Shown here: positions 36,732 to 47,768 of the stretch, in pieces | Numbering within the stretch: the first letter of the stretch is position 1 | Layout of the letters: each line of letters starts with the position of its first letter | Program-made: the position numbers and the translations under genes | Notes under the pieces: generated by a model | Told to the model about the DNA's origin: nothing | What the model saw: only the letters and a program-made list of their open reading frames with translations | Databases searched by the model: none | NCBI GenBank assembly: GCA_964016885.1 | Contig: OZ024740.1 | Coordinates: 212,226,001-212,290,000 of the forward strand | Source: Eledone cirrhosa | Taxonomy: Eukaryota | Length of the DNA stretch: 64,000 bases | Direction of reading: 5' to 3'

Positions 36732-37685
36732 TATAGTAAAGAAACAAATTCTAGAAGAACTTACAGTAGAATAATTAATCATGATCATTCCAATAACTTT
36801 AATAAAAGACCTAGATACAAAAACATAATCTGGTATAATGCTCCTTTCTCCATCTCTATTAATAACAATATTCCTAAATTATTCTTTAGTGCCTTAAATA
36901 AATGCTTCCCTCCATCACATATCTATAGTAAAATATTTAACAAACACACCATAAAATTTTCTTATTCTACATCCTCCAACATTTCCAACATTATCTCTAA
37001 ACACAACAATAAAATACTAAATACTAAATCTCTTCCTTCCAACACTGAATTTCATAATAATAGTACTCCCGACGTCATTGTAAACCCTAGGCTAATTTCT
37101 ACAAACCCAAATACAACGTCAAACACAACTTCGCTATATGTTCATAATCCCACTCTAAATCAAGAAACTATTATTCCTATCGCAAACAACTTCTCCAATC
37201 CAATTCCTTCTATAGATAACACTAGGTCACTCATTCATAATCTCTCTAATTGCAGTTGCAATTGCCCTATTAAAAATAAATGTCCTCTCAACAACCATTG
37301 TCTTGATAAAAACTTAATTTACGAATGTAAAGTTATAACTGACACCAATTCCTTCACCTATTTTGGCTCCACTTCCACCTCTATTAAAGCTCGTCTTTAT
37401 AACCATCATTCGTCTTTTAAATACAAACTTAAAAGAACCAACACGGCTCTCTCAGAACTCATATGGTCCTTGAAAGACAAAAACATTAAATATAGCATCT
37501 TTTGGAAGAAGGTTTCTTCTGCGTTTTCATACTTGAACAGTTCTCTATCTAAAATCTGTAATCTCTGTCTAAATGAAAAATTTACCATTATCTCTAATCT
37601 AGATTCTATAATAAATAGACGCACTGACTTGTTTTCTATCTGTTTGCATAAATTCCATAAAACATTTCACAAAGTATACAGCTAA
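36732..37685 (+). pseudogene. 5'-truncated Naiad-type PLE linker and GIY-YIG endonuclease; open frame without a start codon
   Basis: Stop-free frame reading NIIWYNAPFS..CFPPSHIYSKIFNKHTIKFSYS..HNNKIL..CNCPIKNKCPLNNHC..IYEC..YFGST..KARLYNH..TALSELIWSLK..CNLCLNEK..INRRTDLFSICLH. Confidence 0.88.
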
Positions 37686-38661
37686 TATTCAATTCTTTAT
37701 CAATTTAGAATCTTTTTCTCAAAGGTACATATATATATACACTTCTTTTAAAAATATACCCATCTTTCTACCTTATTTCAAAGGTTATTATACATTCTAT
37801 AATACTTGTTTACTCATTACTCTTACTCTATATCACCTTGTAAAATCCTTCGTAAACATATACATTTTTTTGACGTTAGATTATTCATCCTCAATTCATT
37901 ATTCTTTTCTCCCTATCATCTAACTCATTATTCTCAATACATATTAACATTTTCTTTTTCTTCGCACATATTATCAAATCCTTCAATATACAAACCTTAA
38001 CTTTACATTATTTTTCTCTTCGTTAATTTTCAAATTTCTATAATACTTGTTGACTCTTTCTACATCACCCATATTTATCACTTCCTTTTCTTCTCTTCTA
38101 ATATCTAACCCCTAATCTGTACCTTTTCTCACTCTTGCCTAACATAGAATCAATTATTACATAATACAACACATTCTTACTCTATATCACCTTATAAAAA
38201 TCCTTTGTAAACATATACATTTTTTTTTACGTTAGAATATTCATCCGCAATTCATTATTCCTTTCTCCCTATCATCTAACTCATTATTCTCAATACATAT
38301 TAACTCCTTCTCTTTCTTCGCACATATTTTTCTCTTCGTTAATTTTCAAATTCTTTTAATTTATACATTATCTTCCAACGGTTTTCAACCCCTCTATGTA
38401 AAACAATATATCTTTCTCAGTTATAAAAACTATCCCTCTCTATCACCCATCTCTCCTCCTATCTCATCCTTCCTCACTATACTCCTCCTTCTCCACCTTC
38501 ACTCTCATCTCCTCCTCTTTTTTTCATCCTTTCCACCCCCCCCCCCCCTCTAAATAAAATATTTTTCCCAATATCACACATCAATCTAAAACTACTTCTC
38601 ATATGTTGATTTAAAACTGAACTATCCACAAGTGTTTTTTAGCCTTCATATCATGTCCTCC

Positions 38662-38732
38662 TGTTTTATCTGATGAAAACACAAATATTATTGCATGATG
38701 ATATTTGTTTTTGAAATGCGCATAATAAAATA
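38662..38732 (+). ncRNA. Type I hammerhead (family I) at the 3' end of the Naiad fragment
   Basis: TGTTTTAT-CTGATGA-stem II (ACAAATATTAT/ATGATATTTGT)-GAAA-TGCGCA-TA-ATAAAATA. Stem III is the palindrome ATGCGCAT with an AUA triplet. Confidence 0.82.
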
Positions 38733-39119
38733 CATGGAACTCCTTTAACCATATTTTGTTCTTATATATTATATATATATATATATCTGTTTTAAATATA
38801 GTTTAAATCCAACCTGTAAATTTTTACGGACCTTATTTTGAACTGTTGATCATTCATGCGTTTACAATTTTTTATATATATGTATGTATTCAACTTGGCT
38901 CCTTCCTCAGATGGGCCACTGACATTCTAATCTTGCGGAGAAACTCAGCAGTATGGGGACCAAGTACACCTGAGGTCTCAACAGCAACCGGTGTGATGAG
39001 AAAGCAGCCGGATAATCGTCGGTATTTGTTTGTCTTCCTTTCCTCTGCATTGTGTGCCACAGTACCGGGGTTTGTGGCCGAAGCAACTAAGTTGGAGGCT
39101 AAGACTCATCCAACTGGAG

Positions 39120-40130
39120 ACTGTATAATGCCTGCATGTGAACTGTAATGTTTCATGGCATTGAGACATAGGCCTTAACTGATGAATATCTGCAAAAGCT
39201 AGAAAGAAATGAAGTGAGTATGCTCTGGTGGATGTTAACGTGCATGAACATCGTAGCATACATAAACCAAGAGAAAAACTCAGCATAAGAGGAATTAGAT
39301 GTAGTGTGCTAGAGAGAAGGCTGTGTTGGTATGGATATATGATGTGTATGGAAGATAGCAACTGCATAATAAAATGCAGAGAAATCCTGATGGCTGAGAC
39401 CCACGGAAGAGGAAGTTCCATGAAAATCTGGGACAAGGTAGTGAAGAATGACCTCAAGAAACTAAACCTCACAACAGAGATGACAAAGGACCATCAGGGT
39501 TGGGGCTATGCTGTGCTGGTGAAAACCTGGCCACCAGCATACAATGTGGTCTGACCCATCACCGTGTAAACCCCTCCCATTTCACTAACACTCCTAACCA
39601 GCACTGAACATATCCCTGTCCATGCTCCCTCTAGTATCACCAGCTACTCCCCTTTCTCAATTCCTTACATACCCTTACTGTCATACCCTAGTAGCTACAC
39701 TCTCCACCCCTGAACACTTCTTCCACCAATACCCTTAGCTATTCTCTCCATCACTACACTCCCCCTTCCCCCACAATGGTGAGTTACTGCCACCACCACC
39801 CTGACCTCTAATGCTATCTTGGCTTAGCTATTCTCACTACCACTACATCCCCTTCTTCGTTATATTATCAAAGGTCACACATTACTCATCACTCTGTCAA
39901 ATCACATCCTGTTATACATTCATATCTTCATACATATTGCCCGTCTTCTCTCAGCCTCTCAACCCCTCCAATATTGGTGGCACCTGGTACACCCTGTAAG
40001 GTGGTTGGTGATAGGAGGGCACCCAACAATAGAAACCATGTCTGAAAGGGTTGAGAGGACCCTTCAGTTGTGCCAATGGCACAACAAACTCACTATTACT
40101 GGTGCCATGATAAAATGCACTTGGTAGAAC
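39120..40130 (+). mobile_element. Old RTE LINE 3' fragment with UTR
   Basis: REKLSIRGIRCSVLERRLCWYGY..GRG..KIWDKVVKNDL, then a C-rich UTR and a diverged GGTGGTTGGTGATAGGAGGGCACCC tail motif. Confidence 0.75.
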
Positions 40131-40159
40131 GGGGAACCATAAGCAAAATGCAGAATCCC

Positions 40160-40460
40160 AACCTGTCTGGGCGGTCTGTAGAGCCCTCAGTCTGTCAGGG
40201 AAGTCAGTAGACCCTTCAGCTTGTCTGGGAGATCAGTAGACCCCCAACCTGTTTGGGAGGTCAGTAGATACTCCAAGCTGTTTGGGACATCAATAACGGC
40301 CCTCTCCCCCAGCCTGTCTGGGAGGCCAGTAGACCCCCTCAGCGTGTCTGGGAGGTCAGTAGACGCCCTCCCCCCTCCAGCCTGTCTAGGAGTCAATAAC
40401 CCCCCCTGGCCGCTCTGGGAGATCAGTAGACCCCTCATCATGTCTGGGAGGTCAATAGAC
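40160..40460 (+). repeat. Minisatellite of about 28-37 bp units (CTGTCTGGGAGGTCAGTAGACCC)
   Basis: About 10 degenerate copies. Confidence 0.85.
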
Positions 40461-40483
40461 ATGCTTCAGGACTCACTTGATCT

Positions 40484-40723
40484 ATTAACACCTTAGCATT
40501 TACATTACACTTTATATACTAGTGTATTTTTGAGGTAAAGGCTTTATCTTACATAATTATCTCACACAATATCGAATCTATGAGATTCTGATGTTATTTA
40601 TTTTGAGAACAATGCCTTAACATCAGTATGAATGGCCAGTTAAGGCCACTTACAGCTGGTTTGAACAGAATGAGGTTAAAGAATTCTGGTCGGATACGGC
40701 TGGTTTAAATGCTAAAGGGTTAT
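40484..40723. mobile_element. Putative piggyBac-like MITE
   Basis: Imperfect terminal inverted repeats TTAACACCTTAGCATTTA and TAAATGCTAAAGGGTTA, with a TTAA-type end. Confidence 0.5.
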
Positions 40724-40768
40724 GACTAATCTAACTCTTACTAGCAGAGAAAGTGCATGTTAAATAAT

Positions 40769-40954
40769 TGTTTCTACTTTAGGCACAATGCCAGCAATTA
40801 CCCAGTGCATTACTGGTACTTTATTTTATCGACCCCGTAAGGATGAAAGGCAAAGTCAACCTCGGCGGGATTTGAACTCAGATCGTAAAGGGACGTAACT
40901 ATGCTGGAAAGGATGGCGTCCGACCCTCTACCGATACTGCCAATCCACCGCCTT
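40769..40954 (-). mobile_element. SINE (second family) with a 17-bp target-site duplication
   Basis: AGTGCATGTTAAATAAT at 40752-40768 and 40955-40971. B box GAGTTCAAATCC and body TTTGCCTTTCATCCTTACGGGGTCGATAAAATAAAGTACCAG. Relatives at about 42660-42866, 43960-44076, 45685-45820 and 46486-46710. Confidence 0.85.
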
Positions 40955-41213
40955 AGTGCATGTTAAATAATCCTATAATCCTGTTTAATACTTAACTGGT
41001 CATCAATCAATACTCTTAATATTTCCAATAGGATAGGAGAAAGACAGCTGTCATGTCACTCAGAAATAAATCCATATTAACATTAAGTCTGAAAACACAG
41101 CCAACCATAAAACTTGTATTTGTATTTTTAAACATAAAAAAATCAGCTACTTACATAAGTAAGTAGCTGATTTTTTTATGTTTAAAAAAAAATCAGCTAC
41201 TTACTTATGTAAG

Positions 41214-42225
41214 CACAGCATCTCTCCATTCATCACAGTCCTTTGTTATCCCCTCGATCTGAGGTCTGCTCTCACCACCTTCACCCATGTTATTCGTGGT
41301 CTTTCTCGACTGCATCTTCCTTCTACTGGCATTTCTTGTCACTTCTTTATCCAGCGGTCATCCTCCATGCACATCACATGTCCATACCAATGCAGTCTTC
41401 TCTCCCGCACACTACAGCCTATCCCTCTTATACACAGTTTCTCTCTCAACTTGTCTATGGTTGGTCGTTCACTCACATTGACATTGCACATACAATGGAG
41501 CATGCTTGCTTCATTTCCCTCCAGCCGTCGCATATCCTCCTCAGTTGCTGCCCATGTCTCACTATCATGCAGCATCACGCATCTCACACAAGCATCATAT
41601 AACCAGCCTTTCATATGCAGGGAGAAACCCTTCTTTGTCAACAGAGGAAGCAGCTCCCTAAACTTCTTCCAACCCGTCCTTATTCTAGATACTATGACCT
41701 CGGAGCACCCTCCTCCCTTACTAATCTGATCACCTAGGTATCGGAAGCTATCAACCACCTCTATAGGTCCTACCTGCATTTGAAAAATGTGTCTATCACT
41801 GCAACTTCTACTGTCAAATTTCCCTGTACATCTACTGCATATGTAGTTTTCCCTACTTGTTAGTTTGCCTGGTACCCCACTACATCTCTTGTGTACCCAA
41901 GATCTCTATTGTGTACATTTTATAGAATTTATGCCAACTCCTTTCCTACATATTGAACATGGCCATTTCCCTGATGGAATCAGAGTTTTGTCCTCTTTCC
42001 TACATAACAACACTTTAGTCTTAGTTAGGTTTACTCTCAGTCCTCTTGATTCCAACTACTGTTTCCATAGCCAGAATTTATTCTCTAGCTCCTCTACTGA
42101 TTCTGCTATAATCGTCAGCATAGAGAAGTTCTCATGGGCAGCCAGTCTTAAATTCCTTTGTTATGGTTTGGAGGACTATAATAAACAAGAGCGGGCTGAG
42201 GACCGAACCCTGATGTACTCCTACC
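41214..42225 (-). mobile_element. Decayed RTE LINE fragment (RT to C-terminus)
   Basis: VVDSFRYLGDQI..RTGWKKFRELLPLL..MLHDSETW..HWYGHV, with GVHQGSVLSPL and the PHD-like finger upstream. Confidence 0.88.
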
Positions 42226-42229
42226 CCTA

Positions 42230-42576
42230 CTCCATCCTTCCACTCCCACCAACACCACCGTTTCTCCATAAAGTTATGTTGGTATCACAACATCCAGTCC
42301 AAACTAATGAGGTTGTGTAGGTGTCACGACAAAAAAACACACAGTCCACACTGTAATGTGGTTGTGTAGGTAACATGGTAAAAAGCTCCCGGTCCACACT
42401 ATAAATGTAGTTGGTGTTAGGAAGGGCATCTAGCTGTAGAAAACCTGCCAGATAGTCCTATACGAGCGAAACACGGTCACCCAATCAATCTTGCCTCAAA
42501 TGGGACAATTCCCGTCTAACCTATGCTAGCGTGAGAGATAGACATTAAACGATGATGTTGATGATGATGATGATGA
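42230..42576 (+). mobile_element. RTE LINE 3' UTR with (GAT)n tail
   Basis: Homologous to 6620-6908 and 57770-58078. Confidence 0.85.
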
Positions 42577-44474
42577 AGAAAAGGAGGGGAAGTGCAAGGA
42601 TTATTAGGCAACAGAAGAAAGAGAGGGGGAAGGGGAAAGAGTGACAGATTCTACTCCTAGGCGAGGCAGCTCAGGACACTGGTGGACACATAGCCTCAGA
42701 CAGAATGCTTTGTAGTATTTTGTTATGACATATTCTGTGTTCAAGACATGCCAAGGTCAGCTTTGTCTTTCATCATTCCAAGTTTGATAAAACCTGGGGT
42801 ATGTATAATCGACTTTCCCCTCTCCCAACAAATTGTTGGCCTTTTGTCTAAATTAGAAACAATTATTATCCTTAGCTGAATTCTTTCTGAACAAAACAGC
42901 ATTTGTCTCCTTTCATAATTGTCTGATTAAAAAGATATTCTCTCTCTCTCTTTCTCTCTCACTCTCTGTCTCTCACTCTCTCTCTGTCTCTCCTCCCTCT
43001 TTTCCTTTTTTTCCTCCTCATTATGCATTATTAAAATAAATATAAATTTAATATGCTAGGGATTAAGAGCATGTAATTGTAACTAGTGAATTGTTTATGT
43101 TGGGGTATAGTAACGTAAATTGTAGGATTTAGTTATAAATAGTTTCAATATGAAAAGCACTGGATTACTATTAAACTAAGTAGCTCAGCAATTGGTAATG
43201 GGAACAGAGTATAGAAAATCCCTCAACTGAAAATCTTCTATTCACTGTAAAAGTGAAAATAATTCTTTCCTTTGTGAGAGAATGAATACTGACAAAAGTT
43301 ATGCTTTGTTCTAGATTTAGCTTATCACATTTCAGAAAAGAGAAGTGGAAGGCTAACAAAGTGATTGCCAAAATATAAATGTATTCAAATGTTCTTTTAT
43401 CCTTGACTAGCAGAGGTACCCGGTGTTGCTCGGGTATTAAATACCAGTTATGTATACCATTTATGTCAATACTTCAGTGTTGCTTGGAAAACTATACTTT
43501 TACAAAATCATCGGCTTTTTCCAAAAGGGTGTTCCTGCGCCCAGGGGTCCCCTACTCAATATGTGCCAATTCTGAGAGTTCACATTCATCTGTAGAACAA
43601 ACGTAGCCCATGTGTCAAGTTTTGTGAAAATCGGTTGCGAACTCCAGAAGTGATGACGTTTTGTTGCATTGCACTGCAGTGCTTCAGTCGATGACTCCAA
43701 AGAAATGGTTAAAGGGGGTTATCTGCCGGGAGGCCCTATAATCAATATCTGGAAAAATGAAAGTGCCCATGACCATCCGGAGTACTTAAGTTTGGTGAAA
43801 ATACTGTAGAAATGCATAAGGTTTACACACACACACACGTGATTGTGTGTGTGTGTGTGCGTGTGTATTTGTGTGTGCGTATGTATATGTATGTGTATGT
43901 CCGTCGGCGCATACGTATGTATTGGCCTATATCTTCACTATTTACTTTTACTATTTTAAGGCAAAGTTCAAATCCCGTCGAGGTTAACTTTGCCTTTCAT
44001 CCTTACGGGGTCGATAAAATAAAGTACCAGTAATGTACTGGGTAATTGCTGGCCTTGTGCCAAAAGTAGAAACAACTATTTTAATAACCTCTGTCATTTT
44101 CGTTTACAATTTTATTTACATCATTCTTAAACTCCGGGGCTGGAAATCATTCGGTTATTTTAAATAGAATATTAGTCTAATGGCTCCATTTACATCATAA
44201 ACTTGGTCTCGTCTTTGCATGAAATTGTTCTTCTCGATCCACATAACGACGTATTATCCTTGCCTTTTTTCTGTTCATTACCAGGGAACGTCTTCACGAA
44301 CCAAAATATCGTCTTCATGTTTTCCTTCAGTTGCAATGTTTCTCAAAATATTTAATTCTGCGTTCACAGATTGAATTTATTAGTTTAAGAAGATCCCGTT
44401 AATGTTGAAAGCAACGATTCTTTGCTTAAACTTTCTTTCTTTCTCAACCCCTCTCCCTTTTTTCTCATACCCGC

Positions 44475-44477
<3 letters not shown>

Positions 44478-44555
<78 letters not shown>
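44478..44555. repeat. (CT)n microsatellite
   Basis: Direct reading. Confidence 0.95.
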
Positions 44556-44558
<3 letters not shown>

Positions 44559-45065
44559 TCTACAGAATGGAGAACAATAAAGAACGCGTAGATCTCTCTC
44601 TCTCTGTCTTTATATATATATGTGTTTGTGTGTGTGTGTGTGAACCAGCGTTCGTCGCCATTCTCTCTCTCTCTCTCTGTCTCTCTATCTGATTATCTTG
44701 TACCTCTCTCTGTATAACGACCTATCTCACTCTCTCTCTCTACATCTCCCCTTCTCTCTTTAGATGTATATGTATATGTGTGTGTGTGATATATATATAG
44801 AGAGAGAGTTGCAACATGTATGTAGTTTCATAGATTTTTAGGGTAGTGAGAATGAAAATATAAACAGAGCATATAAATAAATTTACAGTAGAATAACATA
44901 ACAAATATATTTTAAATATATACATAAATAACATTACAAATGCCTCAGTAACACTACAAAGGATGATACAATGAAAGATATATTCCTTCAATGCTACAAT
45001 ATTAAAGAAAATGTAGAGGAAGGGGTGAACAACGGAGCCAACACCAGAGCAAAAGACAGCAACGT

Positions 45066-45160
45066 CACGAGTACTGGGCAACCTCTCTAATTTTGAGGCA
45101 AGCCAGAACGCTCGCAGCGTTGCCTCGGGTGATGGCGAGGCTGATGCGCTGAAATATTGT
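45066..45160 (-). mobile_element. 3' tip of a CRE-like (restriction-like endonuclease) non-LTR ORF
   Basis: Minus strand TIFQRISLAITRGNAASVLACLKIREVAQYS* matches the LFQRxSxAxQRGNA C-terminal motif of CRE-clade elements. Confidence 0.55.
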
Positions 45161-45279
45161 TTTAAAAGACTTTTTAATTGAAATGAAGCAAAAGGGAAGC
45201 TTAATGTTGAAACATTGAACTCATGAATTTTGCAGGTTAAAATTTTGCTGGCCCGAAAACTGTTCGCGTATTTTTGCAG

Positions 45280-45452
45280 TTGCTGCCCATGTCTCACTAC
45301 CATGCAGCATCGCTCACCTCACACAGGCATCATATAACCGGCCTTTCGTACACAGGGAGAAACCTTTCTTCGTCAGCAGAGGAAGCAGCTCCCTAAACTT
45401 CTTCCAACCGTTCTTATTCTAGATACTATGGCCTCGGAACACCCCCCTCCCA
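45280..45452 (-). mobile_element. Short RTE LINE fragment
   Basis: GGGCSEAIVSRIRT.. through HGSETW. Homologous to 41545-41720. Confidence 0.8.
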
Positions 45453-45864
45453 TGCTAAAATTCAGTCCAACCCTTGAAAGTTTGGAAAAGCAGATGTAAA
45501 AACGATGATAATGATGCCTTGTTTTGTTTTTTTTATTTTCAGAAAATTGAAATAGAACTGAAAAATATGCAGGAAAATTACGTGGATATAAAAACAAAGT
45601 TTGATTGTTTAAAAGCCAGGTAATAATAGATGTGAATTCACATTTTAGTTTTGCTGTCTTGATTATATGCAATGTCAAAGAGTAAGTACTTTATTTTATT
45701 GACCCCAGAATGATGAAAGGCAGAATTGACCTTAATGGGATTTGAACACAGTATATAAAGAGATAGAATATATACTGCAAAGCATTTGTCTGATGCTCAA
45801 ATGATTCTATAAATCTCTGCTCTATTTTCTACCTTTTTATTATAGTAGAGGAGTAACATAAATC

Positions 45865-46486
45865 ATGTTACAACATAAAGTACCCAGTACACACTGTAGA
45901 GTGGTCATGTAGGTGTCACAACAAAAAGCACTCAGTCCACACTGTAAAGTGGTGATGTAGGTGTCACAACATAAAGTACCCAGTCCACACTGTAAATTTG
46001 TCATGTAGAGGTCACAACAAAAAGCACCCAGTCCACACTGTAGAGTGGTCATGTAGGTGTCACAACAAAAAGCACCCAGTCCACACTGTAAATTTGTCAT
46101 GTAGAGGTCACGACAAAAAGCACCCAGTCCACACTGTAAAGTGGTGATGTAGGTGTCACAACATAAAGTACCCAGTCCACACTGTAAATTTGTCATATAG
46201 AGGTCACGACAAAAAGCACCCAGTCCACACTGTAGAGTGATCATGTAGGTGTCACAACAAAAAGCACCCAGTCCACACTGTAAAGTGGTCATGTAGGTGT
46301 CACAACATAAAGTACCCAGTCCACACTATAGAGTGGTCATGTAGGTGTCACAACAAAAAGCACCCAGTCCACACTGTAAAGTGGTCATGTAGGTGTCACA
46401 ACATAAAGTACCCAGTCCACACTGTAAATTTGTCATATAGAGGTCACGACAAAAAGCACCCAGTCCACACTGTAGAGTGATCATGT
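45865..46486 (+). repeat. 48-bp minisatellite derived from the RTE/SINE 3' UTR (about 13 copies)
   Basis: Unit CACCCAGTCCACACTGTAAAGTGGTCATGTAGGTGTCACAACAAAAAG. Confidence 0.92.
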
Positions 46487-46949
46487 TGGATTGGTAGTAT
46501 TGGTAGAATGTTAGACAACATGCTTTGCAGCAAATAGTTATGTCCCTTTATGTTCTGCATTCAAATCTCGTCAAGGTTAGCTTTACCTTCCATTCTTTTG
46601 GAGATAGGGGTGATCGATAAATGAAAGTGCCAGTGTTGCTCTGAGATCGATTTAATCGACTTTTCCCTCCCCCAAAATTGTTGGCATTTTGCCTAAATCA
46701 GAAACCACTATTTCCAAATGATTTTCTCATAGCAAATCCTTTATTATTTTATCAACATTTTCTAGACATGTCCAAACATTCCAGCATCTGTATGAAGGAT
46801 CTATATAGTTATATTTTATTAAAGAATGTGCTTGAATGTTCTCAATAGTAATGGAATATTACACTTATATCAAAGATACTGATTTCATGAAATTAATCTT
46901 AAACTTTGAATTGTTTTATCATAGTAAAGAAGATTTTAAGAGACGTGTT

Positions 46950-47768
46950 TCATCATCATCATCCTCCTGACCTCTTAATGTCCATTTTTCCACGTTAGCA
47001 TGGATTAGACGAGTTGTCCCATTGTGAGACAAGCCAGGTCAGAGGACCATGTCATGCTCATACAGAACTGATTTTGGCTTGGTTTCTATGGCTGGATGTC
47101 CTTCCTAACGACAACCTCATTTACAGTGTGTATTGGGTGTTTTTTGTTGTGACACCTACATGACCACTTTACAGTGTGGGCTGGGTACTTTTTTGTTGTG
47201 ACACCTACATGACCACTTTACAGTGTGGACAGGGTACTTTTTGTTGTGACACCTACATGACCACTTTACAGTGTGGACAGGGTACTTTTTGTTGTGACAC
47301 CTACATGACCACTTTACAGTGTGGACTGGGTGCTTTTTGTTGTGACACCTACATGACCACTTTACAGTGTGGACAGGGTACTTTTTGTTGTGACACCTAC
47401 ATGACCACGTTACAGTGTGGACAGGGTACTTTTTGTTGTGACACCTACATGACCACTTTACAGTGTGGACAGGGTACTTTTTGTTGTGACACCTACATGA
47501 CCACTTTACAGTGTGGACAGGGTACTTTTTGTTGTGACACCTACATGACCACTTTACAGTGTGGACAGGGTACCTTTTGTTGTGACACCTACATGACCAC
47601 TTTACAGTGTGGACTGGGTGCTTTTTGTCGTGACCTCTACATGACAAATTTACAGTGTGGACTGGGTACTTTATGTTGTGACACCTACATCACCACTTTA
47701 CAGTGTGGACTGGGTGTTTTTTGTCATGACACCTACATGACCACACTACAGTGTAGACTAGGTGCTTT
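46950..47768 (-). repeat. RTE-type 3' tail carrying the same 48-bp unit (about 13 copies) in the opposite orientation
   Basis: (CAT)n tail at 46950, the GGCTGGATG.C.TTCCTAAC motif, then the array at 47120-47768. Confidence 0.9.

Noticed and set aside
44740-45303. 187-aa minus-strand ORF, or a host exon after TTTCAG
   Set aside because: The ORF spans unrelated pieces. The only meaningful peptide is in another frame and matches a CRE-like retroelement C-terminus.
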